From the NCBI GenBank assembly GCA_030610815.1, contig JAUWRA010000002.1, positions 1 to 41,884 on the forward strand: 41,884 nt of DNA, written 5' to 3'. Positions 28,695 to 37,743 of the stretch are shown here, one piece after another. A program made the position numbers and the translations under genes. The stretch comes from Methanosarcinales archaeon (GTDB lineage: Archaea > Halobacteriota > Methanosarcinia > Methanosarcinales > Methanocomedenaceae). Under the pieces are notes generated by a model. That model worked only from the letters and a program-made list of their open reading frames with translations. It did not search any database and was not told where the DNA came from. Within the stretch, counting starts at the first letter, position 1. Each line of letters starts with the position of its first letter.

Positions 28695-29909
28695 TTATTC
28701 AGCTCGCAATGCTTCCACAGGGTCCAGCCGTGCCGCCCTTGAGGCAGGGTACACACCTGCTACTACGGATGTGACCAACCCGAAGGTCAGACCTATTAAC
28801 ATCGATGTAAGGGTCACAGTGCTGGGGAAGTTACCCAGTACCGATATCAGGTATGCCAGCCCCCCTCCGAGGGAAACCCCGATCAGGCCGCTGACCAGCC
28901 CCAATATGCCGGATTCGATCAGGAACAATGTCCGGATATCACCTTTATTGGCACCCACTGCTTTCATGACACCTATCTCCTTTATCCGTTCAGTAACAGT
29001 AAGCATCATCACATTTATAATGCCTATGCCACCCACTGCAAGGGCCACAGCACCTATGCCGCCCAGTCCGTATTTTATCTGGATGAGCAGTTCTGTTAGA
29101 CTTTCCAGAATCCCGCTCTGGTCAAAGATAGTATATTTTTCATTCCTGTGGGTCCTCTGGAGACTTTTGTCCATCCGTTCAATAGTTTCAGCAATCATAT
29201 CCTGGTCTTCCACCCAGACATTGATCGACGAAAATGAATACTCTTGAATATCAAGTAAATTCTTCATGCTCGGATGGGTAATATATATCTGGGAATTGCT
29301 ACTGCCTCCAAGTAAAGACATCTGTTCCACATCCTCAAGGACACCCACCACCTTATAATCAATACTGATATTGGTCAGGCTGTTCGTAAGTACAATATGT
29401 GACCCGGGGTTGATCTTCATATCAAACATCTTATTGGCAATATCATATCCCAGCACCACACTGCTGCGGTCCGAATCACTCAGGAACCTGCCAGCCTCGA
29501 TAGTATCTGCTATCTTTGATTCTTTCGATGGTGTTATGGCAACAACGCCTACGTTGCGTTCATCACTACTAAACTTCATCAGAGCCCCGGTAGAACGGCG
29601 CGGTGAGACACCCTCAACACCAATGACACCTTCCAGTATAGAAACATCCCTGTCATCCAATACTGCATTCTTCATGGGTCTGCCAGAACCACTGCTATGT
29701 TGGTCAAAACCCCCTGGTATGACCTGCACCATGTTCAGGTCCATATCGCCAAAAACACCAGAAACCCCGGTTATCAATCCTTCACCCACAGAGAGCATGA
29801 CCACGATAGCTGCCACTCCTATGATAATGCCAAGACTTGACATTACGGTCTTGAACTTCTCACCACTAAAGCTCAGAAATACAAATTCCAGGGCATCGTA
29901 GAATTTCAT
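28695..29909 (-). CDS. MacB/FtsX-family ABC permease
   Basis: LGIIIGVAAIV, GIGIINVM..TVTERIKEIGVMKAVGA, YPASRAARLDPVEALR. Confidence 0.93.
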   Translation of the reverse strand: MKFYDALEFVFLSFSGEKFKTVMSSLGIIIGVAAIVVMLSVGEGLITGVSGVFGDMDLNMVQVIPGGFDQHSSGSGRPMKNAVLDDRDVSILEGVIGVEGVSPRRSTGALMKFSSDERNVGVVAITPSKESKIADTIEAGRFLSDSDRSSVVLGYDIANKMFDMKINPGSHIVLTNSLTNISIDYKVVGVLEDVEQMSLLGGSSNSQIYITHPSMKNLLDIQEYSFSSINVWVEDQDMIAETIERMDKSLQRTHRNEKYTIFDQSGILESLTELLIQIKYGLGGIGAVALAVGGIGIINVMMLTVTERIKEIGVMKAVGANKGDIRTLFLIESGILGLVSGLIGVSLGGGLAYLISVLGNFPSTVTLTSMLIGLTFGLVTSVVAGVYPASRAARLDPVEALRAE

Positions 29910-30790
29910 ATTTCTTCTCTGGAACTTCTTCGCTTTCGCATCACGACAAAGAATATTATTATTACCGCAAACAAGCCGCCCACTATACCGAATACCAGCA
30001 AGGGATTTGAATCCTCACCCACAACGATCAGGGGCTTTGAGTTGTTCACATTGATGGTCTGGATCTCAGATTCGTGCCAGTTGTTCCCGTTCTTGAATAT
30101 TGCCTTAACTCCCATCTGCTCAACACCGTCCTCAGGCTCGATATCGAACTGGATGGTGAACATCTCGTCCGAATCCATTGTTCCAATGAAATACTGGGCA
30201 GGCCGGAACTCCACATTATCTGTTGCTGGAACAATGGTCACTGCTTTTACCGTGTTTGGTCTTACATTTGCAATATCAAGAACAATAAAATCCGAGTTCC
30301 TGCCTACCTCAGAATTGATCAATTTGATCCCTGAGGAATCCACAGTCACCGGGATCTTCCATTTGACATCATACATATCCCCTCCTCCAATGAAAATAAA
30401 ATCCAGGAAACGGATACTATCCGGGGCATCCTCGCTTACCTTTATCGAATATGTAAAATCTATAGTGTCACCCGGTCCGAGCAGTCCCACATCATAATAG
30501 GAATTGCTTGTAACCTGGATATGACTATCTCCTGATAACGAAGCGTCTAGTACCTGGGCTGAAAGGTCGAATATCTCGGTCTTGTTATTCACAGGCACAG
30601 AATAGGAATAATCCTTTGCTGCATTATTCAGTGTGATCGTCACTGTACCCACATCCCCGGGCATAAGATATGCCGGATCCACTGAGTAATCCACCATTAC
30701 AGATGGCCTGACCGTAATGTCACTATCGGCAGCTGAGACCTGTATCATTATCAATATCAATAAACATCCGATTATTCTTGTTATTTTCAT
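29906..30790 (-). CDS. COG1361-like (S-layer/Ig-like) membrane-anchored accessory protein
   Basis: Signal peptide, P-x-x-LMPGD-x-GT, G-x-LGPG, YFIGTMDSDE, NGNNWHE, C-terminal TM followed by RKRR. Confidence 0.75.
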   Translation of the reverse strand: MKITRIIGCLLILIMIQVSAADSDITVRPSVMVDYSVDPAYLMPGDVGTVTITLNNAAKDYSYSVPVNNKTEIFDLSAQVLDASLSGDSHIQVTSNSYYDVGLLGPGDTIDFTYSIKVSEDAPDSIRFLDFIFIGGGDMYDVKWKIPVTVDSSGIKLINSEVGRNSDFIVLDIANVRPNTVKAVTIVPATDNVEFRPAQYFIGTMDSDEMFTIQFDIEPEDGVEQMGVKAIFKNGNNWHESEIQTINVNNSKPLIVVGEDSNPLLVFGIVGGLFAVIIIFFVVMRKRRSSREEI

Positions 30791-30849
30791 ACTATTATCC
30801 TGTCCCTTATCCTTGTCATTTTCATACTATCATCCCGTCCCTTATCCTT
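30783..30849. repeat. 35-nt-period tandem duplication at gene junction
   Basis: 32-nt copies at 30783-30814 and 30818-30849, two mismatches. Confidence 0.9.
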
Positions 30850-31490
30850 ATTATCCGGTGGCATGTATCTGCAATATCCTGCTCATGAGTGACCATTACA
30901 ATTGTTATACCCTGTGAATTAAGTTTTTTGAAAATATCCATGATCTCTTCACCTGTCCTGGAATCAAGATTACCTGTGGGTTCATCTGCCAGGATGATGT
31001 CGGGCCTGTTGACCATTGCCCTGGCTATGGCAACCCTCTGCCGCTGTCCTCCCGACAGTTCGGGAGGCTTGTGTTTCATACGGTCCTCCAGTTTTAGTTG
31101 TTCCAGGAGTTCTATAGCCCTGGCCTTTCGTTTTGCCTTTGGTATATCCTGGTAGATCATGGGCAGTTCCACGTTTTTCAGGGCATCGAACCTGGCTATG
31201 AGGTTAAAGGTCTGGAACACAAAACCTATCTTTTTGCCCCGTATTTTGGCAAGTTCCATGTCAGAAAGGGCTGAGGTATCTACACCGTCAATGAAGAACT
31301 TGCCATGGGTGGGCCTGTCAAGCAGACCGATGACGTTCATTAGTGTGGTCTTTCCACTGCCGGATGGACCCATGATGGCAACGAACTCACCGCGCTTAAT
31401 GGAGATGTTTATATCTTTAAGTACCGGGACTGCAAGTTTTCCAAGGTGATAGGTCTTATCGACATCTTGTGTGGATAGTACATCTTCCAT
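30822..31490 (-). CDS. LolD/MacB-type ABC ATPase
   Basis: GPSGSGKTT, LSGGQRQR, ILADEPTGNLD, VTHE. Confidence 0.95.
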   Translation of the reverse strand: MEDVLSTQDVDKTYHLGKLAVPVLKDINISIKRGEFVAIMGPSGSGKTTLMNVIGLLDRPTHGKFFIDGVDTSALSDMELAKIRGKKIGFVFQTFNLIARFDALKNVELPMIYQDIPKAKRKARAIELLEQLKLEDRMKHKPPELSGGQRQRVAIARAMVNRPDIILADEPTGNLDSRTGEEIMDIFKKLNSQGITIVMVTHEQDIADTCHRIIRIRDGMIV

Positions 31491-31511
31491 TTTTTACCTC
31501 GATCATTACCT

Positions 31512-32780
31512 CTAACCTGTTTTCATGTACCGGACGATTTCGCCAATAGCAGGCCGTTTTCCATACATCAATAGTCCTACTCTGAACAACCTGGCAGAGG
31601 TTATTATTACGAAATAGACAGACACCATTAAAATAATTAAGCTTATTGCTATCTGGTAGACAGGTACATCAGAAACGCCCATACGTATAAGCATGGCAAT
31701 AGGAGACGTTAACGGGAACATGGAAAAGAACATCGATAACTTTCCCTCTGGTTCGGTGATCAATACCTGCATGAACAATATGGGTGCTATAGCCGGGAAA
31801 GTGAAAATTGGAATGAGCTGCTGGCTTTCACGCATAGAACCACTTATTGCTCCCACAGCCCCCATCATACTGGCAAATAACAGGAATCCAAGTATGAAAT
31901 ATGCCAAAGACAGGATCAATAAAAAGGGATTGATAGATATGGCAAAAACATATATCAATCCGGCAAAACCCACTGACAGCCAGATCGCTATCTGCAGCAG
32001 TCCTACCGATCCCAGTCCGACGATCTTTCCTGTGAGCATTTCAATTGGAGTTACTGAGGATAACAGTATCTCGATTATCCGGCTTTCCTTTTCCTCTGCT
32101 ACACTCTGCAGTAAATATCCGGAGGAAGTAAAAATTGAAATTAACAGGAGTATACCGGTAATATATGGCAGGGCAAAATCTTCAAGCATGTCGGTTAGTC
32201 CTTTTTCACTGACCTCACCTGTGGCCTCAATAGAAAATCGTTTAAATGTTATAGGATCCTTGACCCGCTGCAAGGTTTCTTCATCCACTTTATCCCGGAG
32301 CAAGTTGTTTACCAACAATTCAGACAATTCTTCCTGGGGAATGTTTGTTCCTTTCCCCATCACATAAGATTCGACAATTCCAGTCTTGATGTAATCTTCA
32401 GGGATGACCAGGTATCCTGATAATGTCCCGGATCCAAGGTCCTGTTTAGCTTCTGCAACATCTGAATATTGTGTGAATTTTATAATTGGATATTTTTCAT
32501 TGTTCGTGCCATCCAATTCCTGGTTATTTGTCACTCCCGGAATTCCATTTGAAAAGATCATAGATCCTCTTACTGTGATCTCGGCAGGGAATTCAAATGA
32601 ATTTGATCTGTCAATGTAACCCAGGTTCAGGTCTTCAGGTGATGATGTACCAGCCAGTAGTAAGGGAACTAACATAATGAGGATAAAAAAAAGCGGGAAG
32701 CCTAATGTCATCAGTATGAACTCTTTGCGCTTTACGGTTTTCAGGAACTCGTATTTTGCTATCATTAGGGATTTATTCAA
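31512..32780 (-). CDS. ABC-2 permease (NatB/YhaP-like)
   Basis: N-terminal TM, large external loop, EEKESRIIEILLSSV-x-P...GK, five C-terminal TM helices. Confidence 0.88.
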   Translation of the reverse strand: MNKSLMIAKYEFLKTVKRKEFILMTLGFPLFFILIMLVPLLLAGTSSPEDLNLGYIDRSNSFEFPAEITVRGSMIFSNGIPGVTNNQELDGTNNEKYPIIKFTQYSDVAEAKQDLGSGTLSGYLVIPEDYIKTGIVESYVMGKGTNIPQEELSELLVNNLLRDKVDEETLQRVKDPITFKRFSIEATGEVSEKGLTDMLEDFALPYITGILLLISIFTSSGYLLQSVAEEKESRIIEILLSSVTPIEMLTGKIVGLGSVGLLQIAIWLSVGFAGLIYVFAISINPFLLILSLAYFILGFLLFASMMGAVGAISGSMRESQQLIPIFTFPAIAPILFMQVLITEPEGKLSMFFSMFPLTSPIAMLIRMGVSDVPVYQIAISLIILMVSVYFVIITSARLFRVGLLMYGKRPAIGEIVRYMKTG

Positions 32781-33679
32781 CTGGATACCCCCTTGACAAT
32801 TTTAATGAATATCTCATTCAAGGACGGGGTAGATCGTTCAATTCGCAGGATCCTGACCCTTGTTACAATATCTTCGATAAGGGACTGGACATCATGTCCA
32901 TCTTTTAAGAATATCTCAACATAAGTTCCATGTTGGATGATATTTTTAATCTGGTCGAGTCCTTCAAGTGAGCTTAGGTTCCCCTCAAATTCCAGGAAAA
33001 TGGAGTTATTGCGGTGTTCATTCTTAATATCCCCGACCTTCCCATTAAGGACGATCATGCCGTTATTGATCATAAGTATACGATCACACATGGCTTCTGC
33101 CTGTTCCATCATATGGGTGGAGAGTATGATGGTCTTACCACCTTTTTTTTGTTCGAGAAGAATGTTCTTGATGATCTGGGTATTTACAGGATCAAGACCA
33201 GAGAATGGTTCATCTACGACTATGAGGTCGGGACCATGAATTATGGTGGCAATGAACTGTATCTTTTGCTGCATTCCCTTTGAGAGCTCTTCGATCTTTT
33301 TGTCTTTATGCTCCAGCATTTCAACTGACTGCAATAGATCAACAGTATTTTCCATTGCCCGGGTTTTTGTCATTCCTTTGAGTTGGGCCAGGTAAACCAG
33401 AAGTTCAATGACCTTGGACTTTTTGTAAAGACCGCGCTCTTCCGGTAAATAACCGATCCTGTCTTTCGAATGTGTATCAATATCTTTTCCGAATACCTTG
33501 ATATTTCCTGATTCTGGTTTTATGATATCAAGCATCATTCGCAGTGTTGTAGTCTTACCTGCGCCATTGGGACCGAGAAGTCCGAATATTTCTCCTTGAT
33601 CTACTGAAAAAGATATGTTGTTAATAATCTTTTTAGTATTGTATGATTTTGAAACATGTTCAAGTTCTAATATTATCAT
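32777..33679 (-). CDS. ABC ATPase (NatA/YhaQ-like)
   Basis: GPNGAGKTT, GYLPEERGLY, LSKGMQQK, DEPFSGLDP, PSLNEIF. Confidence 0.93.
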   Translation of the reverse strand: MIILELEHVSKSYNTKKIINNISFSVDQGEIFGLLGPNGAGKTTTLRMMLDIIKPESGNIKVFGKDIDTHSKDRIGYLPEERGLYKKSKVIELLVYLAQLKGMTKTRAMENTVDLLQSVEMLEHKDKKIEELSKGMQQKIQFIATIIHGPDLIVVDEPFSGLDPVNTQIIKNILLEQKKGGKTIILSTHMMEQAEAMCDRILMINNGMIVLNGKVGDIKNEHRNNSIFLEFEGNLSSLEGLDQIKNIIQHGTYVEIFLKDGHDVQSLIEDIVTRVRILRIERSTPSLNEIFIKIVKGVSS

Positions 33680-33787
33680 TGAGATCAGTCCATTTATGTT
33701 ATAGATGTGTTTTTTAAATAAAAGGTTTGCGCAAATTAAATTAGAATTTGATATATATTCATCGACCAGTAAACTGTGAAATAAAAC

Positions 33788-33991
33788 TTAATCCTCGAAA
33801 ATAAAAACCTCTTCGATTTTTGATTCCAAAACTTTAGCTACATCATATGCAAGTTTTAATGATGGATTATACTTTCCTCTTTCTAAAAACACAATGGTTT
33901 CTCTTCTAACACCTACTTTATTGGCAAGTTCTTCCTGTGTCAGATCATACTTTGCCCTTAGTTCTTTCATTCTTGTTCTCAGCTTACTCAC
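33788..33991 (-). CDS. XRE/Cro-C1 family HTH transcriptional regulator
   Basis: [39 protein letters not shown]. Confidence 0.93.
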   Translation of the reverse strand: MSKLRTRMKELRAKYDLTQEELANKVGVRRETIVFLERGKYNPSLKLAYDVAKVLESKIEEVFIFED

Positions 33992-34391
33992 CTGTCTTAT
34001 TGTAGTACCACCTGAATGTAATGAAAATCCATACTACGAGAATCCATATATTCCGGACTCCATCAGTTAATTCTATCGAAGGGGTTAATGATGGAGATAA
34101 TTTCAGCATTCTGAGAAGCACGATCATTGTTGCAATCAACAGCATTGCAATAAACGCAGAATATCCGGCTTTTTCCCTGACTCTCACAGACCTTTCATCT
34201 TCTATTAAATCACATTTGGGTTTCGTAGCTACGCTTAAACCAATTATTAATCCTATGAGTCCACCTAAAATTAGAATAAATCCAAAAACACTAACTGGTT
34301 CGATAAACAAGATAATAATAATTCCAGCCAGAATAGCGCACAAGCTGATTCCAATAAATTTTGTTATATCCTTGTCTTTCCTGAATTTCAT
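33984..34391 (-). CDS. DUF2178-like membrane protein, copy 4
   Basis: 4 TM helices; [17 protein letters not shown]; ends WYYNKTGE. Confidence 0.75.
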   Translation of the reverse strand: MKFRKDKDITKFIGISLCAILAGIIIILFIEPVSVFGFILILGGLIGLIIGLSVATKPKCDLIEDERSVRVREKAGYSAFIAMLLIATMIVLLRMLKLSPSLTPSIELTDGVRNIWILVVWIFITFRWYYNKTGE

Positions 34392-34786
34392 TCAACCTCA
34401 CCTTTTTTGTTATAAAACCATCGAAGAAAATAAAGTGAAAAGATGCCTATAAGGATAATCAAAGTACCTGCAGTATTATATTCAATAGATACTGAAGTAA
34501 ATCTGTCTATCAGATTAAGGATAATAACAACATTTGCCATTATCCAGAATGCATGATGGCCTGCCTTGTCCGTATTTTTATTAATCCTCTCATCATGCAT
34601 AAAATATTCTACCGGTTTTGTTGCTACATAAACACCCGTAACACTCAATATTGTGCCAGCTATAATTAGGAAAAATCCTACAAAAAACAAAGACGGCATA
34701 AGATAACTCAAAAGGATGCCAGCAATTACCATCCCTATACTCATTGACAAGGGTCTCAAAATGTATTTATCTGTCCTGAATTTCAT
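34388..34786 (-). CDS. DUF2178-like membrane protein, copy 3
   Basis: HDERINKNTDKAGHHAF; ends [10 protein letters not shown]. Confidence 0.75.
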   Translation of the reverse strand: MKFRTDKYILRPLSMSIGMVIAGILLSYLMPSLFFVGFFLIIAGTILSVTGVYVATKPVEYFMHDERINKNTDKAGHHAFWIMANVVIILNLIDRFTSVSIEYNTAGTLIILIGIFSLYFLRWFYNKKGEVE

Positions 34787-35205
34787 TCCAGATCACCCTT
34801 TTTATCAAAATAATATGCCAAGATGCCCCATGAAAATATTCCAATATATAACAGCACAATTACTGCTAAGCTGAAGTTTATGTTTAGCTGTAAAATGCCA
34901 GCAACTGAAGCAGAAGCAATCAATAATCCAGAAAGTATTAAAAGTGCGTATAGTCCTGCTTTTTCAACAGCTCTTTTAGTCCGTTCATCTCCCACAACTC
35001 CTGTTCTTGGTTTTAATATCCTGAAAAAGGAAGACATGGCGACGCCCAGCCCGATAAGAACTGGGAAGATTACCTGGAGGACAGATTCCGGATCTACTTC
35101 GGAGATGTTTTGGAATATTCTAATTATCCCACTTGTTGCTAGCGCAAGTCCCACGAGAAGGATGCACAAATTCAACAAAATTTGTGTGTTGTTTTTAATT
35201 TTCAT
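34783..35205 (-). CDS. DUF2178-like membrane protein, copy 2
   Basis: GDERTKRAVEKAGLYAL; ends YYFDKKGDLE. Confidence 0.75.
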   Translation of the reverse strand: MKIKNNTQILLNLCILLVGLALATSGIIRIFQNISEVDPESVLQVIFPVLIGLGVAMSSFFRILKPRTGVVGDERTKRAVEKAGLYALLILSGLLIASASVAGILQLNINFSLAVIVLLYIGIFSWGILAYYFDKKGDLE

Positions 35206-35223
35206 TCAAGATTACCTTTTTAG

Positions 35224-35610
35224 TTAGAAACCAATTTCGTCTTTCATTTTTGAATAATATAACTGAAGTGAAACCTTTGATACTAACATCACAGCCAGAA
35301 TGATTGCTAATACTTCAAATGCATCAAAAAGTGTTGGAAGAAAATGTAACACTATTGTCAATGATCCAATTGATATGATCGATAGATAGAATGCAATATC
35401 CGACGACTGGCCAGAAATTCTTTTAACCATCTCGTCTTTTTTCAATTCATTTTTGAATATTAGTTTTCGTATGATATAAGTTATGAATAATCCAATTGAA
35501 ACACAGGCCATCATATTTCCCCCAACCATATCGCCATAAGAGTATAGAACAATTGCAGCAATTCCAAAAAGCGGAGTCAATATCGGGAGTGTTATTTTAT
35601 ATTTATCCAT
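35224..35610 (-). CDS. DUF2178-like membrane protein, copy 1 (more divergent)
   Basis: KKDEMVKRISGQSSDIAF; 4 TM helices; YYSK tail; AGGAG SD. Confidence 0.7.
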   Translation of the reverse strand: MDKYKITLPILTPLFGIAAIVLYSYGDMVGGNMMACVSIGLFITYIIRKLIFKNELKKDEMVKRISGQSSDIAFYLSIISIGSLTIVLHFLPTLFDAFEVLAIILAVMLVSKVSLQLYYSKMKDEIGF

Positions 35611-35646
35611 TGTGTTAATTCTCCTTGTGCTCGTTATTTTAATAAT

Positions 35647-35666
35647 ATGTTAACTATATCTAACAT
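35647..35666. promoter_or_regulatory. Palindromic operator, probably for the XRE regulator
   Basis: ATGTTA-N8-TAACAT just downstream (minus sense) of a TTTAAAT box at about 35674-35680. Confidence 0.55.
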
Positions 35667-35827
35667 TAAACTATTTAAATTAATCGTTTTTGTTAGAAAT
35701 ATATCATATAAAAAACATTATGATATGGCTGATGTGCTGGGCAAGTAGGGGCACGCTGCTACGGGTATGATGGCGGGCGGCGAGAGGGTGTGAGAATGTG
35801 GTGGAGGCTGGACAGCAATTCAATGTG

Positions 35828-35939
35828 AACTGCAGAGGTACGCTGATACACGCTGATTGACGGCTGCCGTTAAGTGTTTCACCGCAAAGAGCGCAAAGAG
35901 CGCAAAGACATGTAACCTTAACTTTGCGTCCGTTGTGGT
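35828..35939. repeat. Periodic palindromic elements (CGCTGAT half element and CGCAAAG element)
   Basis: ACGCTGAT twice at period 10; then ACCGCAAAG-AGCGCAAAG-AGCGCAAAG...CTTTGCG-TC-CGTTGTGGT. Confidence 0.7.
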
Positions 35940-36093
35940 ACAGCATTTCATTAATTTTATATTTTAACAACCATGCCCACCACCGGCAGCACCAACAAAC
36001 AACCGAGGCCACCGCCAGCACACATCACCCCCAACCCACGCTCAGCGCATGTGCAAAAAGGAGGCAGGCTGAAATTATTTCTATTTCATTATT

Positions 36094-36213
36094 AACCGCA
36101 GATGAACGCAGATAGCGGTTAGTATGAGTTTTAATTTTGATTATATGGTTGAAATCAATGTATAATCTAATTTTAGCTGCAATATCTGCGTTCATCCGCG
36201 TTTATCTGCGCTT
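36094..36213. repeat. Periodic palindromic element (CGCAGAT unit)
   Basis: AACCGCAGAT-GAACGCAGAT, AT-rich spacer, ATCTGCGTTC-ATCCGCGTTT-ATCTGCGCTT. Confidence 0.75.
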
Positions 36214-36319
36214 TGAAACTCGCATGAATCCACAAGGCTGGCTGCCACCCTGCCGCCCTTACGGGCTGCGGTGGCAGGGAAAGTGTAGACGGTGGGGCGG
36301 TGGGAGAGTGTGAGAATGG

Positions 36320-36505
36320 GGAGATGAGATCGCTATTCATGCTATCAGTGGCGGCGATGTGGTGGGGGATCATACGGTGTTGTTCTTTGGCGATGGTGAG
36401 TGTATCGAAGTACGGCACCAGGCTCACAGCAGGCAGGCGTTTGCTGGCGGGGCTGTGAGGGTTGCACATTGGGTGATGGAGCAGGGGGGGCCGGGGTGTA
36501 CGGTA
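36320..36505 (+). pseudogene. dapB: C-terminal fragment of dihydrodipicolinate reductase
   Basis: [52 protein letters not shown], frameshift in the G-run before PGVYG; N-terminal domain absent. Confidence 0.85.
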
Positions 36506-36668
36506 AGGCTGGTGTGTTTTTGTGGGGGTGGGTTGGATAACTTAATACAGGAAAATGATAAAGAGTGTAAGTGATGATTGAAGTTCGTCTGGATTAATGT
36601 AGATGGACCATGTTCGGATATACAACTTTAGACGCCATTTCGGCTGTGCTTGATAAAGGTGAAGACTT

Positions 36669-37298
36669 ATTAATAACATTAAAATCTTTGAAAAGTATGC
36701 TCGAGAATATGATGAATGGTTTGATGCAAATAGATTTGCCTATGAGTCCGAAGTCCAAGCTTTAAAGAAGTTCGTTCCAGAAAATAGAAAGGGTTTAGAG
36801 GTTGGAGTGGGTACAGGAAGATTTGCAGTTCCTCTTGGTATCAGGATTGGAGTGGAGCCAGCAAAAGCAATGGCAGATATAGCACAAAAACGTGGGATAG
36901 AGGTCTATAAAGCAAAAGCTGAAAAACTTCCTTTTGATGATTCTTCTTTTGACTTTGTATTGATAGTTGTAACAATATGTTTTGTGCAAGACCCTATACA
37001 AGCACTCAGGGAAGCAAAAAGAGTTCTTAAACCGGGAGGCTATCTCATCATAGGTATGATTGACAAGGAGAGTTTTCTTGGCAAATTGTATGAATCAAAG
37101 AAGAAAGAGAGTAAATTCTACAGGCATGCCAACTTTTATTCTACCAGACAAGTTTTGGATTGGCTTAAAAATTTTGAGTTCGAACATATCAAAACCTGTC
37201 AGACAATCTTCAAAAACCCAAAAAAAATAACTGCTATTGAACCTGTTAAAGAAGGTCACGGAGAGGGAGGTTTTACTGTAATTTCCGCACAGAAGTAG
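36669..37298 (+). CDS. Class I SAM-dependent methyltransferase (type 11-like); apparent ATT start
   Basis: Frame open from 36663. IFEKYAREYDEWF...GLEVGVGTGRFA, AEKLPFDDSSFD, EAKRVLKPGG. AGGTGA SD lies 6 nt before ATT 36669. Confidence 0.85.
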   Translation: MNNIKIFEKYAREYDEWFDANRFAYESEVQALKKFVPENRKGLEVGVGTGRFAVPLGIRIGVEPAKAMADIAQKRGIEVYKAKAEKLPFDDSSFDFVLIVVTICFVQDPIQALREAKRVLKPGGYLIIGMIDKESFLGKLYESKKKESKFYRHANFYSTRQVLDWLKNFEFEHIKTCQTIFKNPKKITAIEPVKEGHGEGGFTVISAQK

Positions 37299-37306
37299 GT
37301 ATAAAC

Positions 37307-37627
37307 ATTAAAATAGGAATCGTAGTATATTCAAACGACTCGGAAACAGTTTGGAACGCATTTCGGTTTGCAAATTTTGCATTGAATGAGGGCGACGAAA
37401 TAAATGTGTTCTTGCTTGGTAAAGGTGTAGAGTGCGAATCTCTGGACACGGATAAATTTAAGGTGACAGAACAGATGCAAACGTTAGTTGATAATGGTGG
37501 AGAAATATTTGCTTGTGGCAGTTGTCTCAAAATCAGGCAGTCCGAAGGTTCGGAAGTGTGCCCATTATCAACGATGAAAGATTTGTATGAAATTGTCAAA
37601 AAGAGTGACAGAATTGTTACATTTTGA
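37307..37627 (+). CDS. DsrE/DsrF-family protein; apparent ATT start
   Basis: (M)KIGIVVYSNDSETVWNAFRFA...VFLLGKGVE...ACGSCLKIR...STMKDLYEIV..SDRIVTF. Confidence 0.85.
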   Translation: MKIGIVVYSNDSETVWNAFRFANFALNEGDEINVFLLGKGVECESLDTDKFKVTEQMQTLVDNGGEIFACGSCLKIRQSEGSEVCPLSTMKDLYEIVKKSDRIVTF

Positions 37628-37663
37628 ACGCACAGCCAAAATATGCTCACTTTGTTCGTTTGT

Positions 37664-37743
37664 GTATAACGGTGTATGCGGTTCGCTTTGCTCACCAAGA
37701 TTCCGCATTCGGGGGAACTTTGCATACACTAAAAACGTTAGTA
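37664..37743 (+). mobile_element. attC-like imperfect palindrome (integron cassette recombination site candidate)
   Basis: GTATAAC...GTTAGTA ends; inner arms GTGTATGCG-GTTC / GAAC-TT-TGCATACAC; 80 bp; 36 nt after the DsrE stop. Confidence 0.5.

Noticed and set aside
28588-33283. Long plus-strand ORFs opposite the ABC cluster
   Set aside because: Antisense shadows of well-supported minus-strand genes.
35828-36213. CRISPR array
   Set aside because: Units are 9-10 nt, adjacent and inverted, with no spacers and no cas genes.
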